Shown here: in pieces, positions 1 to 16,716 of the stretch | How positions within the stretch are numbered: position 1 is the stretch's first letter | Layout of the letters: each line of letters starts with the position of its first letter | Assembly (NCBI RefSeq): GCF_009914755.1 | Contig: NC_060936.1 | DNA length: 64,000 bases | From: the human T2T-CHM13v2.0 reference genome, Homo sapiens | Reading direction: 5' to 3' (one strand) | Notes under the pieces: model-generated | Database searches by the model: none | What the model was told of the DNA's origin: nothing | What the model saw: only the letters and a program-made list of their open reading frames with translations | Translations under genes and position numbers: made by a program

Positions 1-659
1 GTGTATTCCCTATAATATTCCAGCACCTTGATGGGATCTGGCACATAGTAGGTGCTGCAAAAATACCTAAGGCATGACATGATTAAAGACAGAAAATATG
101 TGTTTCTGTGCTATTTTTTTTTCTGTTAGAAGCTTTGTTGTTTTGAGGGGAGTCTTGCAGACCCTCGCAAAACTACAGACCTGTTGTGTGAAGATGGGCT
201 GGCTTCCTGCCCCCAGCCATCTGGTGAACCCTGGCACCACCTCCTTGGGGCCTCCAGTGATTGTTCCCCACACGCACTGCCAGCCCTTTCTCTCAGCCTC
301 CTGGCACTTGGCTCCAGCTCCTGGCTCTGGCCACTAGAGAGGTGGTCTCCATGGTAACAGTTTTGGGGGGCATTGAGAGGGAGCAAAGAAGGAAAAGGTA
401 TCATGCCAGCCAGCCAGCCCTTGTTAGGGACCCACTCATACCAGGGTGCTTGTTCCTGTACCTCCGCTAGAGATCTCGGCTGCAGAAAGGCAGGTCCAGG
501 AGCAGGTGGAGAGGTGCTGGTGCTTGTCTTTTGGCGACTTCTTTTTGTACCTTGCCTTCTCTTTTTGCCCTCTTCTGCACTTGACGACCGTGTCCAAGGA
601 TCTCAGTGCTTTCAAAGAACCATAGTTATCCACTGCTGCCAACTGAAGGCTCTGGAAAT

Positions 660-820
660 TCAAGTTGGCTGTCCCATTTACTGGTGGGGTGAGCTGTGGA
701 GTAAGTTACTTCACCTCCCTGACCTCAGTTTTATCATCTATAAAATGGGGTTTTCATAAACATGAAGAGAATCTGTGAAGCCCTTAGAATGACGCCTGGC
801 AGCTAGTAAGTGCTCAATAA
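660..820 (+). mobile_element. MIR SINE fragment
   Basis: MIR core 'aagttacttcacctccctgacctcagttttatcatctataaaatgggg' and 3' end 'cctggca...tagtaagtgctcaataa'. Confidence 0.8.
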
Positions 821-848
821 GGTTTTATCTATATTGTCTGTTGTTTGA

Positions 849-1439
<591 letters not shown>

Positions 1440-2607
1440 TAATTCCAAGACAAAATCTTGGGAGAGAAAAAGTTTCCAGGCACCAGGCAGTGGGAGGATT
1501 AAAAAATAACAGAGGTGTCACTGAAGCTCAGAGAAGTTAAGCAATGTGCTCAGGGCCACACAGCAGGTTAAGTTGTGAAGCTGACATTTGAACCTAAGTC
1601 TGCTTTTCAATGGACCTCAAGGAACATTCTCCTTTCCTTTCTCACCTGATCTCTTAAGTATCCACCCAGAGTGATGGACAGGAGTGATCAGCTGTCAGAT
1701 GCCTTAAAACCAGTGGCCAAATGCTGATCCAACAGCTGAAATTTGGGAGCCTGCAGCTTCCTGGCAGAGACAAAGGAGACTACAGTCTTTCTCAGCTCAG
1801 CTGGGAGAACAGACTTTATCGAGAGCATCCCTTCCTCCCTGGGAAGGTTTGAGAGGCATTTGTAATGCAGATTTTGACTCTGGGCAAGGACCCAGCTCCC
1901 CATCCTCACCTCTGGCTGAGCCATTTAAAAAAATACAAGAAGACAGTTTTTTCCCTCCTGAGCCCTGAGGTCTGAGGCTGAAGTAGATGAGCTTCCTGCA
2001 GCCTAAGCTCTTTCTCTCTCCCTGTTTGAAGCACATCTCTGCTCCCGGTTTGTCCCCTGCTTTCCTTAGGGAGCTGGAGGTGTCAGGAAGAGAAAGGGGT
2101 GTAAAGAATAACACCGGAGACTCTGGGGTCAGAGATGGCGAGTGAGCATTCCTGCTGGTCCCTGCATGTAATTAAGACTTGCAAATCCACGCTGCTGAGG
2201 TGTTGGTGGCAGTATAATTAATCCCAGGCTCCTTGGGGTGGCTCAGCATCCCCAAATGGCCACCCTTGTCATTTAGCCAGCCTCAGTAGGATGAGCTTGG
2301 ACAAAGGCTGGTTGGATTCAGGTTGCTGTGGGCATAGCTGAGCTCATTCACTTACTCACTCACCCATTCACTCACTCACCTGTTCATTTATTCCCCAGAT
2401 ACTTACAAAGTACCTTTTATAGGCTCAATATCAGAGAGAAAAAGTGAACAGCTGCTGTCCTCCATGGCTCCCAGAACAGTGAATTCTCCTCAAGTGGCAA
2501 GTGCTGAAATAACGGAAGGAACAAAGTTTAATTGCAATGCAGAGGAGGAGTTTTTATTTCTGCCTCGGAGACTTCCTGGAGGAAGTGGCACTTGAGTTGT
2601 CTTTTTT

Positions 2608-2766
2608 CTTTCTTCTTTTGAGACAGGTTCTTGCTCTGTTGCCCAGGCTGGACTGCAGTGGCACCAGCATGGCTCACTGCAGCCTCGACCCCCTAGGCTC
2701 AAGTGATCCTCCTGCTTCAGCCTCCTGAGTAGCTGGGACCACAGGTGCGTGCTACCACACCCAGCC
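2608..2766 (-). mobile_element. Alu right monomer (FRAM-like or truncated AluJ)
   Basis: Right arm only; TSD tgagttgtctttttt at 2593-2607 and 2767-2781. Confidence 0.85.
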
Positions 2767-4145
2767 TGAGTTGTCTTTTTTACCTTTAAGAATGACAAAA
2801 TCGTTCATGCTTATTGTGATAAATCTAAATAAGGCAGAAGAGTGTAAAGGAAACACAAATCTTCTCCTTCCTTGATGTCAGTTCTACCTCTGGCATTTAT
2901 CCTTTTGGAGTACTTTCTACATTTATGTATACACATATCCCAGATGTCAGCTTCCAAGTCTTAGTGTGATTTGTGATTTTCCCTATGCCAACCCCCCATG
3001 AGAATCTAGCATGTCTCCGAATTCTTGCAGAAGAATTCATCCCATGCACACAGCACTGGGGAGCAATGCAGAGCTTATAGAAGCCTTCTTAGAGGAGGCA
3101 GAGGAAGAGATTATACTGTGAGGCACCCCTAAGTCACCCCCTGCCCTTGGCCTTGTCACTGCAGGGGCTTCTTCTCCCTCAGTCTCACCTGCTTCTCCTC
3201 CTGTCCCAGGTCTCTTCCCTAAATTTCCTGTTGCTATTCTGCAGAGCAATTCCACAGTGCACCAGATCCTGCTTCAATCGCAAGCCCAGTTCATCACAGG
3301 CTGCAACTAACAAAGGACCCTCCAGTAAAGATGACCCTCCCCCTTAGAAGGCAGTTTTGGGATCATATCTTGCTAGTTGGGCAGGTCTGAGGCTCCCACC
3401 CTCTCTAAGTTGCTTACTGAAATGTTTCTTCCTCACAAGTACATTGCCCATTTCAAGAGGAACCCTGGGGAATTAAATAGTCTCCATCTTGTAACGTAGA
3501 GACTCATACATGTAATTGTTTTTTTAATCATATTTATTTATTACCAAAGTAGGATCATACTACACATATTATTTTATAATTTGCCTTTGAAAATAGCTTT
3601 ATTGAGATATAATTCTTATACCATACAATTTGTCCATGTAAAGCGAGCCACTCAATTATTTTAGTATGTTCACAGGGTTGTATGACTATCTCCACACGTA
3701 ATTTTAGAACATTTTGGTCTCTCCTAAAAGAAACCCATTAGCAGTAACTACACGTTTTCCTTGCCCTTCCCTTGGTCCCTGGCAACCTCTACTTTACTTT
3801 CTGTTTCTTTAGATTTGCCTATTCTGGACATTTCATATAAATGGAATAATATAATATTTGTCCTTTTGCGACTGGCGTCTTTCACTTAGCATCGTGTTTT
3901 CAAGGTTCATCTGTGTTAAAGCATGAATCGGTGCTTCCTTCCCTTTTCAGTTTGAATAACGTTTCATTAGATGGGTATATCACATTTTATTTATCTGTTC
4001 CTCAGTTGATAGACATTTGTGTTGTTTCTACTTTTTGGCTATTATAAATAATGCTGCTGATAACATTGGTGTTCAAGTTTTTGTGTAGACATATGTTTTC
4101 AGTTCTCTTGGGTATATACCCAGGAATGGAATTGCCTTATGGTAA

Positions 4146-4148
<3 letters not shown>

Positions 4149-4198
<50 letters not shown>
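4149..4198. repeat. (TG)25 microsatellite occupying the Alu tail
   Basis: Pure dinucleotide run counted directly; lies inside the Alu TSD (taattct). Confidence 0.98.
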
Positions 4199-4482
<284 letters not shown>

Positions 4483-4809
4483 TAATTCTATGTTAAATAT
4501 TTTGAGAAACTGTGAAATTATTTTTCAAAGCAACTGCACCATTTGATGTTTCCACCAGCAGTGTATGAGGGTTCCACTTTCTTCACATCTTTGCCAACCT
4601 TTGTTATTGTCTTTTTTTTTGATTATAGACATCCTAGTGAGTATGAAGTCTGATTTGCTTTTTTTGCTTATTAATAAACATGGACATATTTCCAGATCAA
4701 CAGGTAGTGACCTACCTAATTCTTTTTAGTGGCATAATAATATTCTATTGGATAAATATACCCTACTGATTTTATCAATTCCCTTTCTGAATTAGTCAGA
4801 CTTATTTTT

Positions 4810-5280
4810 TCCGAGTTACCAAAACAGTCCAACCCAAACTGGCACAAGCTAAATAGTTCACATAACTAAAATGTCTAGGACACCTCAAGCTTCAGGTGTG
4901 GCTTGATCCAAGTAGCAAGTGAAGTCACCAAAATCCTTTCTTCACCTCCAGACTTTGCTTTGTTTGTGTGGGCTTCATTTACAGAATAAGCTGCCCCTGT
5001 GATGGTGTGATGATTGCCAGCAACTTCTGTTCAAATCCTTCTGAAAATAATGTTTCCCAGTAGTTCCTGCAGTGGTTCTGAGATTCACTCTGATTGGCTT
5101 GGCTGAAGTCATCTGTTTATCCCTAAGCCAACATGTTTTCATGGTGCTCTATGCTTGGAGCTGAGCATACAGGCCCATGCAGATCACATGGTCCAAGTAG
5201 GGATGGGGTAGATATCCAAGTGAAAATCAGGGGCAGTTGCTGGAGGAAGAGGTGTGGATACTGAGCAGATTAATTACAAA
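4810..5280. mobile_element. Old MLT1-type MaLR LTR remnant
   Basis: Motifs 'cccaaactggc', 'gcttcaggtgtggcttgatcca' and 'cactctgattggcttggc'. Confidence 0.6.
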
Positions 5281-5299
5281 TGCTCATTATACTCACTGA

Positions 5300-5870
5300 G
5301 TTTTCACTGGGCTTCCAGGACACCACATTCTCCTGGTCGTTTCCTTCCATCTCTAAACAGCATCATGTCCTAGGACTGAGTCCTTCCATCCTTCTCCACC
5401 TACATTTGACTTAAAGTGCCCTCTCAGTGTATATGATTTCAAAATTTGTTGTTTCCAGCCTGGCGGGTCCCCTAAGCTCTAGACCTGCACAGCTAACTGC
5501 TTAGTCAGTACCGCCACTAGGATGAACTTCTCGTAGGAACTTCATATGGAACTTCTCATAGGAAGTTCAAAGTTAGCATGTTCACATCCAAACTCCTGAT
5601 ATTCACTCTCTCGACACAGACCCTGCTCCTTCCGTGGTCTTGCCACTGCCATTAACTGGCCACTCCATCCTTCCCATTGCTCAGACCCCAAACCTGGAGT
5701 CATCCTTGATTCCTCTCCTTCTTTCCTACTCCACATCCAATTCATCAACCAATCCTGTCTGCTCCACATTTAAGCCATATATAGAATCTGAGCACTTCTT
5801 ACCACCTCCATTGCCATCACCCGGGGCCAACTCACTGCCAGTAGTCTCTGGCCCTCCTCAGCCTGTTCTG
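5300..5870 (+). mobile_element. L2 LINE fragment
   Basis: 'cccattgctcagaccccaaacctggagtcatccttgattcctctc...ccacatccaa'. Confidence 0.75.
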
Positions 5871-5904
5871 TTTTAGTTCCCACATATCTTCCTATTTTTT
5901 AACA

Positions 5905-6042
5905 TTATTATTTTTTTTTTTTTGTAGAGATAGGGTCTTGCTATGTTACCTAGGCTGGTCTTGAACTCCTAGGCTCAAGCAATCCTTGTGCCTTGGCCTC
6001 CAAAAGCCTTGGGACTATAGACATGAGCCACCGTGCCTGGCC
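5905..6042 (-). mobile_element. Alu left monomer (FLAM-C or AluJ half)
   Basis: Left-arm sequence only, with a T-rich tail. Confidence 0.85.
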
Positions 6043-6093
6043 AATTAATTCCTTCAGTGACTGTTTACTGAGCAGCTACTTAAAAAATATTTG

Positions 6094-7000
6094 GGTTGGA
6101 GGAGCCAAGATGGCCGAATAGGAACAGCTCCGGTCTACAGCTCCCAGCGTGAGCGACGCAGAAGACGGGTGATTTCTGCATTTCCATCTGAGGTACCGGG
6201 TTCATCTCACTAGGGAGTGCCAGACAGTGGGCGCAGGCCAGTGGGTGCGCGCACCGTGCGCGAGCCGAAGCAGGGCGAGGCATTGCCTCACCTGGGAAGC
6301 GCAAGGGGTCAGGGAGTTCCCTTTCCGAGTCAAAGAAAGGGGTGACGGACGCACCTGGAAAATCGGGTCACTCCCACCCGAATATTGCGCTTTTCAGACC
6401 GGCTTAAAAAACGGCGCACCACGAGACTATATCCCACACCTGGCTCGGAGGGTCCTACGCCCACGGAGTCTCTCTGATTGCTAGCACAGCATTCTGAGAT
6501 CAAACTGCAAGGCGGCAGCGAGGCTGGGGGAGGGGCGCCCGCCATTGCCCAGGCTTGCTTAGGTAAACAAAGCAGCCAGGAAGCTCGAACTGGGTGGAGC
6601 CCACCACAGTTCAAGGAGGCCTGCCTGCCACTGTAGGCTTCACCTCTGGGGGCAGGGCACAGACAAACAAAAAGACAGCAGTAACCTCTGCAGACTTAAA
6701 TGTCCCTGTCTGACAGCTTTGAAGAGAGCAGTGGTTCTCCCAGCATGCAGCTGGAGATCTGAGAACGGGCAGACTGCCTCCTCAAGTGGGTCCCTGACCC
6801 CTGACCCCTGAGCAGCCTAACTGGGAGGCACCCCCCAGCAGGGGCACACTGACACCTCACACGGCAGGGTATTCCAACAGACCTGCAGCTGAGGGTCCTG
6901 TCTGTTAGAAGGAAAAATAACAAACAGAAAGGACATCCACACCGAAAACCCATCTGTACATCACCATCATCAAAGACGAAAAGTAGATAAAACCACAAAG
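6094..7000. promoter_or_regulatory. L1 5'UTR with internal sense and antisense promoters, CpG-rich
   Basis: YY1 site AAGATGGCC intact at 6107-6115; many CpGs retained over 6110-6545; bidirectional promoter activity is established for L1PA 5'UTRs. Confidence 0.85.
6330..6545 (-). CDS. ORF0: L1 ORF0, 71 aa, intact
   Basis: MAGAPPPASLPPCSLISECCASNQRDSVGVGPSEPGVGYSLVVRRFLSRSEKRNIRVGVTRFSRCVRHPFL; ATG corresponds to cat at 6543-6545. The track's 94-aa version starts at an upstream TTG. Confidence 0.88.
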   Translation of the reverse strand: MAGAPPPASLPPCSLISECCASNQRDSVGVGPSEPGVGYSLVVRRFLSRSEKRNIRVGVTRFSRCVRHPFL

Positions 7001-8017
7001 ATGGGGAAAAAACAGAACAGAAAAACTGGAAACTCTAAAACGCAGAGCGCCTCTCCTCCTCCAAAGGAACGCAGTTCCTCACCAGCAACGGAACAAAGCT
7101 GGATGGAGAATGATTTTGACGAGCTGAGAGAAGAAGGCTTCAGACGATCAAATGACTCTGAGCTACGGGAGGACATTCAAACCAAAGGCAAAGAAGTTGA
7201 AAACTTTGAAAAAAATTTAGAAGAATGTATAACTAGAATAACCAATACAGAGAAGTGCTTAAAGGAGCTGATGGAGCTGAAAACCAAGGCTCGAGAACTA
7301 CGTGAAGAATGCAGAAGCCTCAGGAGCCGATGCGATCAACTGGAAGAAAGGGTATCAGCAATGGAAGATGAAATGAATGAAATGAAGCGAGAAGGGAAGT
7401 TTAGAGAAAAAAGAATAAAAAGAAATGAGCAAAGCCTCCAAGAAATATGGGACTATGTGAAAAGACCAAATGTACGTCTGATTGGTGTACCTGAAAGTGA
7501 TGTGGAGAATGGAACCAAGTTGGAAAACACTCTGCAGGATATTATCCAGGAGAACTTCCCCAACCTAGCAAGGCAGGCCAACATTCAGATTCAGGAAATA
7601 CAGAGAATGCCACAAAGATACTCCTCGAGAAGAGCAACTCCAAGACACATAATTGTCAGATTCACCAAAGTTGAAATGAAGGAAAAAATGTTAAGGGCAG
7701 CCAGAGAGAAAGGTCGGGTTACCCTCAAAGGGAAGCCCATCAGACTAACAGCAGATCTCTCGGCAGAAACCCTACAAGCCAGAAGAGAGTGGGGGCCAAT
7801 ATTCAACATTCTTAAAGAAAAGAATTTTCAACCCAGAATTTCATATCCAGCCAAACTAAGCTTCATAAGTGAAGGAGAAATAAAATACTTTACAGACAAG
7901 CAAATGCTGAGAGATTTTGTCACCACCAGGCCTGCCCTAAAAGAGCTCCTGAAGGAAGCGCTAAACATGGAAAGGAACAACCGGTACCAGCCACTGCAAA
8001 ATCATGCCAAAATGTAA
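7001..8017 (+). CDS. L1 ORF1p RNA-binding protein, 338 aa, open frame
   Basis: MGKKQNRKTGNSKTQSASPP...; coiled coil, RRM and CTD motifs REKG, ARR and YPAKLS present; carries T203M. Confidence 0.97.
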   Translation: MGKKQNRKTGNSKTQSASPPPKERSSSPATEQSWMENDFDELREEGFRRSNDSELREDIQTKGKEVENFEKNLEECITRITNTEKCLKELMELKTKARELREECRSLRSRCDQLEERVSAMEDEMNEMKREGKFREKRIKRNEQSLQEIWDYVKRPNVRLIGVPESDVENGTKLENTLQDIIQENFPNLARQANIQIQEIQRMPQRYSSRRATPRHIIVRFTKVEMKEKMLRAAREKGRVTLKGKPIRLTADLSAETLQARREWGPIFNILKEKNFQPRISYPAKLSFISEGEIKYFTDKQMLRDFVTTRPALKELLKEALNMERNNRYQPLQNHAKM

Positions 8018-8065
8018 AGACAATCGAGACTAGGAAGAAACTGCATCAACTAACGAGCAAAATAA

Positions 8066-11904
<3,839 letters not shown>

Positions 11905-11959
11905 ACAATGAGATCACATGGACACAGGAAGGGGAATATCACACTCTGGGGACTGTGGT

Positions 11960-11981
11960 GGGGTGGGGGGAGGGGGGAGGG
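11960..11981 (+). other. G-rich, G-quadruplex-forming tract of the L1 3'UTR
   Basis: ggggtggggggaggggggaggg, four G-runs. Confidence 0.8.
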
Positions 11982-12134
11982 ATAGCATTGGGAGATATAC
12001 CTAATGCTAGATGACGAGTTAGTGGGTGCAGCGCACCAGCATGGCACATGTATACATATGTAACTAACCTGCACAATGTGCACATGTACCCTAAAACTTA
12101 AAGTATAATAAAAATAATTTAAAAAAAATATTTG

Positions 12135-12460
12135 TATTATGCACTATACATTTATATTATATTATGATCACATGCAATACAGAATTGTAATACAACATAT
12201 ACTATAGTTTTATGTAATATATAGTATTTATTACCTGTCATTATGTACTATATATTATATGTAACATAATATAAATTATTATATATAAATATTTAATAAT
12301 ATTTCATTATGATGTAATTGTATGTAACAATTGCAATATCATATGATTACATATCATATAATATGTAGGTATAATATACATTATATAATACATAGTGTTA
12401 TATATTGTGTCAATACTCTTTATGTTTATATTATATAGCATATTTAGTATAGCATTTATT
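12135..12460. repeat. AT-rich, TA-rich low-complexity tract
   Basis: Very low GC with recurrent tata/atat; lies outside the L1 3' TSD. Confidence 0.9.
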
Positions 12461-13330
12461 TATTGTGCCAGACACTCTTCTAGGTGGCAAGAACAGACTA
12501 GAGAAAGATCCCTGCTCTTCCAGTGCTGACATTCTAGTGGGAGAGATGAACATATTATATGGGATGCTGGCAGTGGTAGGTGCTATGGAGAAAGATAAAA
12601 CTGAGAAAAGAAAAGTAGACTGTGGATGAGGTTTGGGTATGTCTGCTATTTTAGGGAGGGAGGTCAGGGAAGCCTTCCCTAACAAGGCATATTAGTCCAT
12701 TCTCACATTACTATAAAGAACTACCTGAGACTGGGTAATTTGTAAAGAAAAGAGGTTTACTTGGCTCGTGGTCCCACAGCCTGCACAGGAAGCATGGCTG
12801 GGGAAGCCTCAGGAAACTGACAATCAGGGCGGAAGGCAAAGGGGAAGAAGGAATGTCTTATGTGGCTGGAGCAGGAGCAAGAGATCAAAGGGCCGGGGGC
12901 GGGGGTTGCTACACATTTTTAAACAACCAGATCTTGCAAGAACTCACTCACTGTCACAAGAACGGCAAGAGGGAAATTCACCCCCATGATCCAATCACCC
13001 ACCAGGCCCCCCCTCCAACAATGAGGATTGCAATTTGACATGAGATTTGGGCAGGGACACAAATCCAAACCATATCACAAGGTGACGTTTGAGCAGAGAT
13101 CAGGAGAAAGTTCGAGAGTGAGGCATGTTAATAATGAGGGAAGAGTGTTCTGCACAGAGGAACAGCAAGTGCAAAGGCCCTGAGGTTGGAGTCTGCCTGG
13201 AATGTTTAGGTAAAAGCAAGGAAGCTAATTTGCTTGGTGGTGGAGCAAGTAAGGAGAGGGGAGAGTAATGAGAGACAAAGTCAGTGAAACGGGGCAGATT
13301 GGGAAGAGCCTGGGAGCCACTCTGGGACTT
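12461..13330 (-). mobile_element. L2 3' region interrupted by an MST LTR
   Basis: 'tgtgccagacactcttctagg', 'gaggtcagggaagccttc', 'gaggaacagcaagtgcaaaggccctgagg'. Confidence 0.8.
12688..13077 (-). mobile_element. MST-family MaLR solo LTR
   Basis: 'tattagtccattctcacattactataaagaactacctgagactgggtaattt...ccaaaccatatca'; 5-bp TSD caagg at 12683-12687 and 13078-13082. Confidence 0.92.
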
Positions 13331-13359
13331 TGGTTGTCCCTCTGATTAAGAAGGGGACC

Positions 13360-13467
13360 CATGGCATGCCTATAATCACAGCACTTTGGGAAGCTGAAGT
13401 GGGAGGCTTGCTTGAGGCCAGGAGTTGGAGACTAGTCTGGGAAACATTGCAAGGCCTGTCTTTACCA

Positions 13468-13507
<40 letters not shown>

Positions 13508-13660
13508 GCAGGGTGGGGTGGTGCATATCTGTAGTCCCAGCTACTCAAGGCAGGAGGATCCTTGAGTCCAGGAGTTTGAGGCTGCAGTGAGCTGTGATCA
13601 TGCAAAGGTGACAGAGTGAGACCCCATCTCTGAAAAAATGAAAAATTACAAAAAACAAAC
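13360..13660 (+). mobile_element. AluJ, degenerate, with an A36 middle tract
   Basis: Alu arms with internal deletions; pure A at 13469-13504. Confidence 0.88.
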
Positions 13661-14357
13661 AGAAGCCATGGGGAGGTTTTAGAGAAGAGGAGCGATATGA
13701 TCTGAGTTACATTTGAATGGGATTCTCGTGTCTGCTGTGAGGGGAACTTGCAGCAGTGGGTGAGGGAAAAAGCAGGGAGACCAGGGAAGAGGCTCCCAAT
13801 AGTGCCTTGGACCAGGTGGCAGCGTGGGTGTGAGTCAAAGGAGAAGCAGTGGATCGTGTGTATCTTTGCTTGACCCAGTGGGAGAGAACCATTTGCCCCA
13901 ATGTCTCACACTTTCAGAGCTCTCTATGCTGTTAATTCCTGGTGTTTAGGATAATTTAAAAACTGTGCCACACAGACCCATCTGCGTCTAGCAAACCAGA
14001 AATAATGAAAACAACTAATCACAAACCAGAAAGGGACCTGGAGACACTTATTGATTGGCTCTAGATAAAAAAGGTTGTGAAAATACTCATTGGTAAATGC
14101 TTCTCGGGAGGCCCCAGGCTCACAGAGCTCAGATAGGGTATCGCCCTGTGATGAGATAGTTACTTTTTTCTTTCCTCCAAGAAATTAACCTGCTTTTTTG
14201 TGTTGGGTTTAATTTTACCAAAACAAGAAAAAGCTTGCTTTCTTGAACTTAATCTCTCCTCTTTGAACAATTAGCTGCTGATGTTTGCTTTTTTTTTTTT
14301 TTAACTACCTTTTGCTTGTTTAACTATATTATGACACAATAGGGGAATGCACTTTGC

Positions 14358-14628
14358 ATTTTTTTTTTTTTTTTTTTTTGAGATGTGGTCTTGCTCTGTC
14401 ACCCAGGCTGGAGTGCGGTGGCACAATCACAGGATTATAACTCACTGCAGCCTCGACCTCCTGGGCTCAAGCAATCCTCCTGCCTCAGCCTCCCTAGTAC
14501 CTGGCACTGCAGGTCCACACTCTTACACCTGGATAATTTAAAAATTTTTTGTAGGGACAAAGTCTCACTATGCTGCCCGGGCTGGTCTGAAACCCCTAGC
14601 CTCAAGAGATCCTCCCACCTGGGCCTTT
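14358..14628 (-). mobile_element. AluJ
   Basis: 'gcagcctcgacctcctgggctcaagcaatcctcc' is J-type. Confidence 0.88.
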
Positions 14629-14984
14629 CAATGTATTTCACTTTTAATTGGGTCAATAATAATAATAATAAAATTGATAGTAATAATAATAGTAGATGCT
14701 ATTTATCAAGCCCTTATGCACTAGGCACAGTGCTAACATCTTTACATAAACATTAAATCATTGCATTATTATAACAATCTGTGAAGTAGATGTCATGAGT
14801 ATCCCCCATATTACAGATGAGTAAATTTAGGCTCAGAGGTGTTTGTAATTGCCCAATATCACACAGCTAGGAAGATATAGAGAAAGATTCAGACTCGGGT
14901 CCATTTGATGATCTATTACCACTCCCTTCAATGTGAAGTCCATATGTTTTGTTTTTGCCTTCATAGGGTAATAGATCCTCCTGT

Positions 14985-15082
14985 CCATCTATCTGCCTAA
15001 CCACTCATCTACCCATCCATCCATCTACCCATCCACCCACCCACCCATCCATCCATCCATCCATCATCCATCCACCCATCCA
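14985..15082. repeat. Degenerate (CCAT)n
   Basis: Direct reading. Confidence 0.9.
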
Positions 15083-16415
15083 ATTATTTCATAAATATTT
15101 ATTGAGCCTCAGTATGTATTAGGTAGTATTGAGATGCTTTTCCCATATCTTATCAACTCCTTGAAACTCACAATGATTTATTCCCATTTTAGGGTTCTCT
15201 GAGATAGGAATTCTTGTTCAAGTGATTTATTGAGGGAGAGTTCTCAGAAGAACTGGAATGAGAAAAGCAGGAGAGGGCAGAAAAAATGCTAAGCACAGGT
15301 GTGGTCTTTAGGTGGAGAAAACTTCAGCCTGATGCCGTGGGGGAACTCTAGAGCATAAATTCCACCATGGAGTTGGTGTCATCTTGAGACAAGGGGGCCA
15401 GGCTTCTGCACCACAGTGTCTATCAATTACTGGCTGCCCTAGGGGTAGGTTAGGGCAGAGCCTCCTGGGGAAAGTGGGTTCCATCTGGCTAAGGCCAATT
15501 CTTTGGAGAAGGGTGTAGCTGTGAGCCCTTTACAGCAGCTGGGGATAAAGAGATTCTGGGCGGGGAACCAGTAGCTATCCACTCCCTTTCCTCTCTTTAT
15601 CTCCTGTAATTCAGGTCAATCTAGCACTCATCTGCTCAATACATAATCGTTAATGGCTCCCTCTGGGCTGGGCACTGTTCTAGGCACTGAGGACTTTGTG
15701 GTGGAATAAGACAGGTACAATCCTTGCTGTCATTCACTGTCTGTGGGATGGGTTGGTGGGAACAACATTAAACAGGTGAATATAATATAGTGGGTTAAGT
15801 CCCTGGGGTGGGAGATGATGGCTAACCCTGACACTCAGCTAGCTTAATTAAGGGTTAGACGGGCAGGTGTGAGGATCAGATGGGCAGGTTGGGGATGAGG
15901 AGAAAATATTCCAGGTAGGGGAAACAGGGTGATATGGGGCTGCATGACTCCCAGCTTGCATCTATCTGTAGAGTTTTTACAGGTGCACAGTGGGTAACTC
16001 AGATGGCAGCTGTACCCTTGTCCTGTGGCTTCTGCCTGTGCTCATGTGGTCTCTGCTTTAATCTTGCAGCAAACTTGGACACAAAACTTTACACCTCTAC
16101 AGGGTCCCTAAGAGAATCTTGTCACACAAAAGCACTATTGAGCAAGGTAGACTTTGCTGAAGATTTCACAGTGAAATGGAGGCAGGGCTCGTCTTGCACA
16201 AAAGTGTCTTGACAATTAAAAAAAATCCTCATCGGCAATTTCTGTTGTCCTCCTTGGAGAACAAGGAATGGATGCCCTCTTTGGAACTAGCTGCGACGGA
16301 GTTTCTGTTTTTCGATGGGGTAAGGGGTTCAGCCTTTTAATTCCTCCAACTTTTTCTCAGAAGTTCAAACCCACTTTTAACAAAAAAGTGTATAAATTTA
16401 TTTTCTTATTAAAAA

Positions 16416-16716
16416 TTTTTTTTTTGAGACAGGGTCTCTGTCTGTCACTGAGACTGGAGTGCAGTGGTGTGAGCATGGCATCATGGCTCACTGCAGCCCT
16501 GACCTCCCAGGTTCAAGTGATCCTCCTGCCTCAGCCTCTTGAGTAGCTGGGACCACAGCTATATGCCACCGCACCTGCTAATTTGTAATTTTTTTTTGTA
16601 GAGATGGGCTCTCCTCATGTTGCCCAGGCTGGTCTCGAACTTCTGAGCTCAAGCAATCCTCCTGCCTCAGCCTTACAAATTGCTGAGATTATAGGCATGA
16701 GCCACTACCCCTGGCC
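16416..16716 (-). mobile_element. AluJ
   Basis: Dimeric Alu with J diagnostics. Confidence 0.9.

Noticed and set aside
6080-6304. 74-aa antisense ORF and other small ORFs in the L1 5'UTR
   Set aside because: These are generic frames of the L1 consensus UTR; only 6330-6545 matches ORF0.
12135-12460. Possible L1 3' transduction
   Set aside because: The AT-rich block lies after the 3' TSD copy (12123-12134) and has no second poly-A plus TSD.
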